Assembly (NCBI GenBank): GCA_043799105.1 | Contig: JAZDOB010000010.1 | Span: forward strand, 10,516 to 74,515 | From: Candidatus Zambryskiibacteriota bacterium | GTDB taxonomy: Bacteria > Patescibacteriota > Minisyncoccia > Phycocordibacterales > WO2-35-19 | DNA length: 64,000 bases | Direction: 5' to 3' | Shown here: positions 57,389-64,000 of the stretch, piece after piece | How the letters are laid out: each line of letters opens with the position of its first letter | Position numbering within the stretch: the stretch's first letter is position 1 | Position numbers and translations under genes: made by a program | Notes under the pieces: model-generated | Database searches by the model: none | The model's input: the letters and a program-made list of their open reading frames with translations, nothing else | Told to the model about the DNA's origin: nothing

Positions 57389-59341
57389 ATGGCGCGATCA
57401 ATGGTTTTGGGGAACGGGAATACTTTGGTCTGTCTGGATAAGTTCGGACAGGTCAGGGATTTTTATTTTCCATATGTCGGACAGGAAAATCATATCGGTT
57501 CCAACCAACTGCACAAGATTGGAGTTTTTGTTGATGGCGAAACGCATTGGATAGATAATGGCGAATGGAATGTAGATATAAGATTTGAGAAAAGCACCAT
57601 GGTCTCCAAGATAGAAGCCACAAATGAAAAGGCCAAGATTTTTATGGTCTCGACCGATGTTGTTTATAATGAAAAGAATATTTTTTTGAGAAGAATCACA
57701 CTGACCAACAAGGATCACAGAGCGCGCGATATCAGGATATTTTTCAACCAGCAGTTTAAGATAGGGGATACCAACCATGCGGATACGGCATATTTTTCCA
57801 GCACTATTGAGTCCATCATTCATTACAAAGGCAGGAGAGTTTTTTTGGTTGGCGGTATGGGAGGAAACAACAAGCCGTTTGATGATTACAGCATAGGTTT
57901 TTGCGGAGCTGAGGGTAAAGAAGGCACCTGGAAAGATGCCGAGGATGGAGCTTTGTCTAAAAATTCCATTGAACACGGAGTGGTAGATTCGGTTATCGGC
58001 TGGCAGAGGAATATTCCGGCGGACGGTTCCATGACTTTATATTATTGGGTGATGGCTGGTGAGACTTACAAAGAAGTCTGTGAACTCCTTGAATATGTTT
58101 TTGAAAAGACACCCGAGCACCTAATTGAGTCCACTCAAGATTTTTGGAAAGCTTGGACGGGGCAAGTTGAGTTGTCTTTACCCGGACTGTCTGAAAGAGC
58201 CAAGAATTTGTTTTATGATTCTCTTTTGGTGATGAGGGCGCATTCTGATGACAGGGGGGGAATTTTGGCTTCGGCTGATTCTGGCAATGTGCAATATGGC
58301 GGGGATACTTATGGATACATTTGGCCCAGAGATGCCTGTTTTACGGCCTGGAGTTTTGATATGGCGGGGTTTTATGATGTTTCCAAGAGATTTTACGCTT
58401 TTGCCAACGATATTTTGACCGAGGAAGGTTATGTTTTGCACAAATACCAACCGGACCATTCTTTGGGGAGCTCGTGGCACCCCTGGGTCAAGGATGGGAA
58501 GAGACAGCTCGCTATACAAGAAGATGAGACGGCCGTTCTCCTTGTTGGACTTTGGGAGCATTATATAAGAGCCAAAGATCTGGAATTTATAGAAAGTATT
58601 TATAATAGTTTTATAAAGAAAGCGGCCGACTTCATGATTCATTACAAAGATATTCATTCGGGATTGCCCCTACCCAGTTATGATTTGTGGGAGGAACAAT
58701 TTGGAGTTTCGCCCTTTACTGCCTCTTTAGTCTATGGAGGTTTGATATCGGCTCACAATTTTGCTAAAACTTTGGGTAAAGAGGAGGATGCCAGCAGATT
58801 CTATGGGGAAGCGGAGACTTTGCGTAAGGCCATTATGGCTCTACTCTGGAATGAAGAAGGAAAATATTTTTTTAAACTAAACGGAGACAAATTAGAGAAA
58901 AATATCAATTTGGATGCCAGTAGTTTTTATGGGCCGTTTCGTTTTGGGGTGATATCCGCTGATGACCCGAGGATGAAAGAGGCATTTAAGATATTGAATG
59001 CCAAACTGAGCAGTGGTATAAGCATAGGGGGACTCGCGCGTTATGAAGGTGATAAATATTCTCACGTTGAAGGCGGGTCGGTTGGCAATCCGTGGTTTGT
59101 GACTACGTTGTGGTTCACTCAATATAAAATAGTGACGGCCAACTCTTTGGCGGAATTGGAGGAAGCGGCTAAAGATATAGAGTGGGTGGCAAAATTTGCA
59201 AGGTCAGGTATGCTTTCCGAACAACTCAACCCGTACACCGGCGAGCCTCTGTCAGCGACCCCTCTCACCTGGAGTCATGCCGAATACGTGCGTACTGTCA
59301 TAGAATATGATAAAAAGATTAAACAATGGCAAAAGATATAA
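57389..59341 (+). CDS. Glycoside hydrolase family 15-like (glucoamylase/glucodextranase, archaeal-type)
   Basis: N-terminal …LGNGNTLVCLDKFGQVRDFYFPYVG…, central …DTYGYIWPRDA… and C-terminal (α/α)6-barrel pattern. Confidence 0.75.
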   Translation: MARSMVLGNGNTLVCLDKFGQVRDFYFPYVGQENHIGSNQLHKIGVFVDGETHWIDNGEWNVDIRFEKSTMVSKIEATNEKAKIFMVSTDVVYNEKNIFLRRITLTNKDHRARDIRIFFNQQFKIGDTNHADTAYFSSTIESIIHYKGRRVFLVGGMGGNNKPFDDYSIGFCGAEGKEGTWKDAEDGALSKNSIEHGVVDSVIGWQRNIPADGSMTLYYWVMAGETYKEVCELLEYVFEKTPEHLIESTQDFWKAWTGQVELSLPGLSERAKNLFYDSLLVMRAHSDDRGGILASADSGNVQYGGDTYGYIWPRDACFTAWSFDMAGFYDVSKRFYAFANDILTEEGYVLHKYQPDHSLGSSWHPWVKDGKRQLAIQEDETAVLLVGLWEHYIRAKDLEFIESIYNSFIKKAADFMIHYKDIHSGLPLPSYDLWEEQFGVSPFTASLVYGGLISAHNFAKTLGKEEDASRFYGEAETLRKAIMALLWNEEGKYFFKLNGDKLEKNINLDASSFYGPFRFGVISADDPRMKEAFKILNAKLSSGISIGGLARYEGDKYSHVEGGSVGNPWFVTTLWFTQYKIVTANSLAELEEAAKDIEWVAKFARSGMLSEQLNPYTGEPLSATPLTWSHAEYVRTVIEYDKKIKQWQKI

Positions 59342-60741
59342 GTTGGAAAACAACCATAGGCCTAGAAATACATGCGGAGCTCAAAACAAAAACAAAGATG
59401 TTTTGTTCGTGCAAAAATGACACGGATGAAAAAAGGCCCAATGTAAATATTTGCCCTATTTGTATGGGGCACCCCGGCACGCTACCCGTCATAAACAAAG
59501 AGGCCGTGAAGAATGTCCTAAAAGTCGGGCTTGCGCTGGGGGGAAAACTGGCTGATTTTACAGAATTTGACCGCAAAAATTATTTTTACCCGGATATTCC
59601 GAAGGGTTATCAGATTAGCCAATACAAACATCCTCTGGTTTCGGGAGGAGAGCTTTTGGGAGTAAAAATAACGAGGGTTCACTTGGAAGAAGATACGGCG
59701 CGTTCGAGCCACGGAATGGGGGACACAGATGATTCGTCCCTTCTTGATTTCAACAGGGCCGGAGTGCCGCTTATGGAGCTTGTGACGGAGCCGGTAATAC
59801 ATTCGTCCGAAGAAGTCGTCAAGTTTGGCGAAGAATTGCAGTTGCTTTTGCAGTATCTGGGGGTGGCGGAGGCCAATATGGAAAAAGGGGAAATGAGGCT
59901 TGAGGCCAATATCTCAGTCAGCAATACCGATAAACTGGGCACAAAAGTAGAAATTAAAAACCTTAACTCCTTCCGGTCGGCGGAAAAAGCCATAGAGTTT
60001 GAAATAAAGAGGCAAATAGAAGCTCTAAAAAACGGCGAAAAAATAAGCCAAGAGACCAGAGGTTGGGACGACAAGAAGCAGGTTACCTTTTCTCAGAGGT
60101 CCAAAGAAGACTCGCACGACTACAGATACTTCCCTGATCCCGACTTGCCAAAACTTAAATTAAGCGAGACAGCCGAGTTTGACGAAAAAACATTGCGTAC
60201 CCAAATACACGAAACTCCTAAAGAAAAAAGGGAGAGATTAAAGAAAGATTACAATATAAAAGAGAGCGATATTGATTTTTATATTTCAAATATTAAACTG
60301 GGCTCTCTGTTTGAAAAAGCTTCACTCGGCCTCAGCCCCAGAGATTTTCAACTGCTCTCAAACTACATAGTGAGCGACATTGCCAGTTTGGGGGAGAGAG
60401 GGTTTTCCATAAATCCAGAGAATCTCTCGTCCCTGATTTCTATGTTTATAAAAGGGGAGGTGTCTTCACGGGGGGCGAAGGATATTCTTTCCAAAATGGC
60501 GGAGAGTGATAGGAACCCAAAAACAATAGCAGAAGAAGAAGGGCTGTTCCAAAAAAGCGATGAGGAAGAACTTGAAAAAGTTGCAAATAAAATAATATCC
60601 GAAAACACAGAAGCTGTTTTAGAGTATAAAAACGGCAAAGTTTCAGCTCTGCAATTTCTGGTTGGGCAGGGTATGAAGGCTACCGGAGGCTCGGCCAATC
60701 CTCAAATATTGAAGGCTATTTTTGAGAAACTTATCGGCTAA
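59326..60741 (+). CDS. gatB: Asp-tRNA(Asn)/Glu-tRNA(Gln) amidotransferase subunit B
   Basis: MAKDISWKTTIGLEIHAELKTKTKMFCSC… canonical GatB N-terminus; …YFPDPDLP…. Confidence 0.95.
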   Translation: MAKDISWKTTIGLEIHAELKTKTKMFCSCKNDTDEKRPNVNICPICMGHPGTLPVINKEAVKNVLKVGLALGGKLADFTEFDRKNYFYPDIPKGYQISQYKHPLVSGGELLGVKITRVHLEEDTARSSHGMGDTDDSSLLDFNRAGVPLMELVTEPVIHSSEEVVKFGEELQLLLQYLGVAEANMEKGEMRLEANISVSNTDKLGTKVEIKNLNSFRSAEKAIEFEIKRQIEALKNGEKISQETRGWDDKKQVTFSQRSKEDSHDYRYFPDPDLPKLKLSETAEFDEKTLRTQIHETPKEKRERLKKDYNIKESDIDFYISNIKLGSLFEKASLGLSPRDFQLLSNYIVSDIASLGERGFSINPENLSSLISMFIKGEVSSRGAKDILSKMAESDRNPKTIAEEEGLFQKSDEEELEKVANKIISENTEAVLEYKNGKVSALQFLVGQGMKATGGSANPQILKAIFEKLIG

Positions 60742-60745
60742 AGGG

Positions 60746-61393
60746 TTACAGGAGGGGTTCTTTCGCTGTACTGGTAGACACAAAATCCCTATATTTTGCC
60801 TGGTCTTTAAACTGTCTTAATACAATATCGGTAGAGATCAAATCGCCCCACCTGTTTAGACCTATGTAGTCCTGGTAGCTCGACCAGGGGTACTTGTCGT
60901 AGGTGTCTCCCCAGGCGCCGATCTCTTTCGGATTTTTGTGTATGTATGCTGATAAGTGCAAAAGCTGATTGTTGTTTTTAACATGTACCGCTCCGAACGG
61001 CCCGTGAAATACGTGACCCTTTTTGTTGTACTTGGCATTGAAATATTTACTGTAGGCGGTAAGTACTCGGTGCATATAAACGGAAAGAATACCGTCTTCC
61101 AAGTTTTGTATCAAAATATGGAAATGGTTGGGCATGAGGGCAAAGGCAACCAATTCAACATTTCTCTTTTTGAGCATGTCATCAATCTTATCTTTCTTTG
61201 TGCTGAATGAGTTTTTTTCAAGGAAGCTTTTGGTGTACCAAGATATGTTGTATATCCGGGTGGGGGATTGGAAATGGGTAATAAGAAATATAAATCTGGC
61301 GCGATCTTTATCGTCTAAAAATATTTTTTCTTTATTAACGCCTCTGCCGAAGAGATGATAATATTCTTTTTCTGCAAAATTTTCGTATCTCAT
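60746..61393 (-). CDS. HuH-Y1 transposase-like protein (IS200/IS605 TnpA / REP-associated tyrosine transposase, RAYT-like)
   Basis: HuH motif …MPNHFHILIQN… plus downstream Tyr-containing region (…VLTAYSKYFNAKY…). Convergent with and abutting gatB. Confidence 0.55.
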   Translation of the reverse strand: MRYENFAEKEYYHLFGRGVNKEKIFLDDKDRARFIFLITHFQSPTRIYNISWYTKSFLEKNSFSTKKDKIDDMLKKRNVELVAFALMPNHFHILIQNLEDGILSVYMHRVLTAYSKYFNAKYNKKGHVFHGPFGAVHVKNNNQLLHLSAYIHKNPKEIGAWGDTYDKYPWSSYQDYIGLNRWGDLISTDIVLRQFKDQAKYRDFVSTSTAKEPLL

Positions 61394-61461
61394 GATGTTT
61401 TTGGTATGGCAGTAGTATAGCAGGAGCTCAAAAGTGCCACTATTGGGTGTGTGGATAACTA

Positions 61462-61501
61462 CTAAACGCTCAGCGTCTAATATTAGACGCTGAGCGTTTA
61501 G
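61462..61501. repeat. Perfect 40-nt palindrome (20+20) upstream of the transposase-like gene
   Basis: ctaaacgctcagcgtctaat|attagacgctgagcgtttag is exactly self-complementary. Confidence 0.85.
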
Positions 61502-61556
61502 TATAGATTTTGGAGTGGGCGTATGGTGTAGTATGGAGATCTTTGGGGGTTGATTA

Positions 61557-61612
61557 AGGTCGAATTTTGGCTGGGTCGGGGTTAATTTTGGTCAGGTCGG
61601 AGTTTTATTAGG
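61557..61612. repeat. Three degenerate tandem ~19-21-bp repeats (RGGTCGRRGTTWATTTTGG)
   Basis: aggtcgaattttgg / gggtcggggttaattttgg / aggtcggagttttattagg in direct succession. Confidence 0.45.
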
Positions 61613-61836
61613 ATCGAACTGAGGAGGGGGTCAGACAAAGCTGGGGCGGGGGAGCCTGATTTAAGTTATTCCAATTTGATTTTAATATTTGAGACGAGAC
61701 CGGGTAAATAATAAAGTATAAAATAAGGATATAAAATTAGAATGAATAAAAAAATAATCACCATTAGGGTGATTATTTTGATTTGACTGGTTTTGTTGAA
61801 ATGGGGTATATATATGAGCAAGATCTATAATTTTGT

Positions 61837-62136
61837 TTATGATTTTTCCTCAATATCCGGGTTTCGTTCATTTATATTAACATCTCCCGAGGCGTGCTCT
61901 TCTTCCAGATGGCGGACGGCCAGTTTGCGAATCTCATCTTTTTTCTTTTTTACAATGAAAATATTACTCTCAATCATTTCTATGACTTTGTCAATGTCTT
62001 CTATTTTATAGACCCTATAGTTATTGAAGGGATGGCGGTGAGCTTTGAGCTTACCGGACTTGTCCCAATTTCTCAGAGTGATCTTGGACATACCTAATAT
62101 TTTAGCGGCGTCTTTGATTGTTATGTATGTGTTCAT
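61837..62136 (-). CDS. MerR-family HTH transcriptional regulator (small)
   Basis: ITIKDAAKILGMSKITLRNWDKSGKLKAHRHPFNNYRVYKIEDIDKV: MerR N-terminal HTH pattern. Confidence 0.55.
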   Translation of the reverse strand: MNTYITIKDAAKILGMSKITLRNWDKSGKLKAHRHPFNNYRVYKIEDIDKVIEMIESNIFIVKKKKDEIRKLAVRHLEEEHASGDVNINERNPDIEEKS

Positions 62137-62477
62137 TTTATTGGTTATTTTATTGTTTATTACTGAAAATTAAACACTACCAAACCTATATAAACATTAT
62201 TATATCACTATGTATGAATATAAAAGTTTAATAATGTGGATAACTCGCTGTACATAATTTTTTTAACACATTATAATAATTATAGTATTTTGATTAATTT
62301 TGAGTGCAATTATTGGTTTGGACGGTATTTGGGGGTCTTATAAAGATAAAACAACAATCAAACAAAGCAGACCGGAATGAGATAAAAATATATTAAAAAA
62401 GTTTAGAAAAAAATAAAAATTTCGATACTAAAAAATTAAATTTTTTATATTGATTTATCCCCAACTTTTTTATTCAT

Positions 62478-62560
62478 CTCGTCTAGCCGAGATTGTATAA
62501 TATCCTTAATGGATAAGGATATTAATCTCCACGGCAAGAAATATATCTCGGCTAGACGAG
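62478..62560 (+). promoter_or_regulatory. Nested palindromic operator-like element overlapping TATAAT (-10) and the start codon of the downstream large gene
   Basis: Outer perfect 16-nt arms ctcgtctagccgagat (62478-62493) / atctcggctagacgag (62545-62560). Inner perfect 11-nt arms taatatcctta (62498-62508) / taaggatatta (62514-62524) with loop ATGGA. TATAAT at 62496-62501. Confidence 0.5.
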
Positions 62561-64000
62561 CATCTGAAATCACGGGATACACTAGCGATTACGTTGGACA
62601 ATTATGTCGCGCAAAAAAGATTGATTCGAAGCTCATTGGACGCAGTTGGTATGTCTTAAAAAAAGACATTTTAAAGCACAAAAATTCTAATACCAAGTCT
62701 AGCGAAGAAATTTCAAGAAAACCTTTATTTGTCTCAAGTAAAGATTTTGGTAAAAAGAAGAAAACGGTAAATAAAACGAGAAGTAAAATACTTGAACCGG
62801 TAGTATTTAGATCCGGACTAAATACCAAAAAAATCGCTTATATCAAAGACGATTCGCCGCTTTTCCCCGTTATATCAAGGAAATTTGATTACGAAAGCAC
62901 AAAATACATTGCTTTAGAAAGTGTAGAGAAATCGTTAAATAAGCCCAGACGCAGTCCGTTTGTTGAGAAATTTGCCATAAATACGGCCGTAGTTTCTTTC
63001 GCTCTTCTCTTTGTTTTTGTTTATGTTTTCGGTGAAGAAAAGATTTCCAAGTTAATGCCTTATAAGTTTTTGGAAAATGCAGGCCAAGAAATTTCTTTAT
63101 TATACGGACCTTATATGAACGATGTTCGTGCCAGTTTTAATAAATTTGAACAAAATATTTCAAGCGTAAATCAGAGTGGTGGCCAGCTTGCTTCGGCCAT
63201 ATTTTCTGCGAACACCTGGAACTCGGTTGCCGGTTGGGTAAAAGATACGGCGTATAAAATAGTAAAGCCGTGGTTGAAAGATGATGTGGTTTTGACGACC
63301 TCATCTAACCCCCTTAATCCCCCTTACATTAAGGGGGAGACAGGAAGAGCGATTACAATGAACATCGTGGGGGCTAGCAAGGATTATGTGGATTCGCAAA
63401 TATCGGAATTGAAAAAATATTTTCTAACCCTACCCTTCACTTCCTCTATTGCTCCAAATGTAAACAGATATTACATAACAAACCAAAACGACAGAATTGT
63501 AGATTTAATAAACCAATCCTCGGGAACTTCAAGCGGTGGCGGTACTTCAAATGTTGCCAATCTTTCCGACTTGTCTGACCTCACCCTAACTTCCACCACT
63601 TATGGCGACGTTTTGATATATGACGGAAGCAAGTGGGTGAATACTGCCACCTCAACTTTGGGAATCACAGGCACAGGCGCTTCCTTCGGTCAGGCGTGGG
63701 AGGTAAATGCGGATGGATACCTTGCTCCGACCACGACAATTACGACTCTATTTGGAGATGGATTTCTATCAACAGCTTCCTCAACTATCGTCGGCAACGC
63801 GACTACCACCGGCTCTATGGGGGTCGGAGCTCTTTACATAAACAACGATTATATAACGGATCTTGTGGGGTCGGGACTTTCTCTTACGGGAGGAGTACTT
63901 TCGTCAACCGGGGGTACTGGCAATGTCTCAACATCCACAGTTCCAAATATTGGTGAACTAGCATATTGGACTGGAGACGGAACTCCTTCAACTCTCGGCT
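62509..64000 (+). CDS. Large protein (≥497 aa, 3'-truncated by window end): N-terminal excisionase-type HTH, Lys-rich linker, one TM helix, Ser/Thr/Gly-rich fibre/adhesin-like extracellular region
   Basis: Not in the supplied ORF track because there is no stop codon: frame 1 is open from ATG 62509 to nt 64000 (in-frame TAA at 62437-62439 upstream). N-terminus …KYISARRASEITGYTSDYVGQLCRAKKIDSKLIGRSWYVLKKDI (HTH_17-like). TM …FAINTAVVSFALLFVFVYVFG… Then …SSGTSSGGGTSNVANLSDLSDLTLTSTTYGDVLIYDGSKWVNTATSTLGITGTG…. Confidence 0.7.
   Translation, partial: MDKDINLHGKKYISARRASEITGYTSDYVGQLCRAKKIDSKLIGRSWYVLKKDILKHKNSNTKSSEEISRKPLFVSSKDFGKKKKTVNKTRSKILEPVVFRSGLNTKKIAYIKDDSPLFPVISRKFDYESTKYIALESVEKSLNKPRRSPFVEKFAINTAVVSFALLFVFVYVFGEEKISKLMPYKFLENAGQEISLLYGPYMNDVRASFNKFEQNISSVNQSGGQLASAIFSANTWNSVAGWVKDTAYKIVKPWLKDDVVLTTSSNPLNPPYIKGETGRAITMNIVGASKDYVDSQISELKKYFLTLPFTSSIAPNVNRYYITNQNDRIVDLINQSSGTSSGGGTSNVANLSDLSDLTLTSTTYGDVLIYDGSKWVNTATSTLGITGTGASFGQAWEVNADGYLAPTTTITTLFGDGFLSTASSTIVGNATTTGSMGVGALYINNDYITDLVGSGLSLTGGVLSSTGGTGNVSTSTVPNIGELAYWTGDGTPSTLG

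Noticed and set aside
62589-62828. 79-aa minus-strand ORF
   Set aside because: Antisense to the N-terminal part of the long + strand ORF; no independent support.
63633-63956. 107-aa + strand ORF from the six-frame track
   Set aside because: It lies entirely inside the long frame-1 ORF (62509-64000) in a different frame. Its composition (R/G/Y/W-rich) reflects out-of-frame reading of the S/T/G-rich gene.
1-64000. Scan for tRNA, rRNA, tmRNA/RNase P/SRP RNA and CRISPR repeats
   Set aside because: No tRNA-like T-arm/acceptor signatures (GGTTCGAATCC-like) and no rRNA-like conserved blocks were found. No regularly spaced direct repeats with unique spacers were found; the only tandem repeats (61557-61612) are three degenerate units without spacers.

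Overview
The window is AT-rich with tightly packed, often start/stop-overlapping genes. The gene content (partial secF, secA, gatB, a GH57/GH15/glycogen-synthase-like cluster, very many glycosyltransferases) fits a small-genome Patescibacteria/CPR-like bacterium; that assignment is inference. About 50 kb (~4.2-50.5 kb) is one mosaic cell-surface glycan biosynthesis locus. It holds many GT4/GT2 glycosyltransferases, two paralogous GT-C membrane transferases, an O-antigen-ligase/TPR protein, an MsbA-like ABC exporter, gmd, and a pseudaminic/legionaminic-acid-like nonulosonic acid cassette (PseB-like, PseC-like, NeuB/PseI-like, cytidylyltransferase, ATP-grasp). It also holds several SAM/FkbM methyltransferases, three DUF218 proteins and, unusually, four paralogous B12-binding radical SAM enzymes plus a ferredoxin and a separate radical SAM/SPASM enzyme. 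Downstream are secA, a glycogen-type cluster and gatB. The 3' end (60.7-64.0 kb) looks like an accessory/mobile junction: a HuH-Y1 (IS200/RAYT-like) transposase-like gene beside a perfect 40-nt palindrome and degenerate tandem repeats, a MerR-type HTH gene, and a very AT-rich spacer. It ends in a long open reading frame absent from the supplied ORF track because it runs off the window end: an N-terminal excisionase-type HTH, one predicted TM helix, and a Ser/Thr/Gly-rich fibre-like extracellular region. Its start codon sits in the loop of a nested perfect palindrome that overlaps a TATAAT box, which suggests leaderless, autoregulated expression. Other notable points are GC-rich multi-hairpin islands in otherwise AT-rich DNA (2.06-2.41 kb; 50.5-51.1 kb upstream of secA) and a tandem pair of DUF218 paralogs of clearly different base composition. 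No rRNA, tRNA or CRISPR array was recognised.
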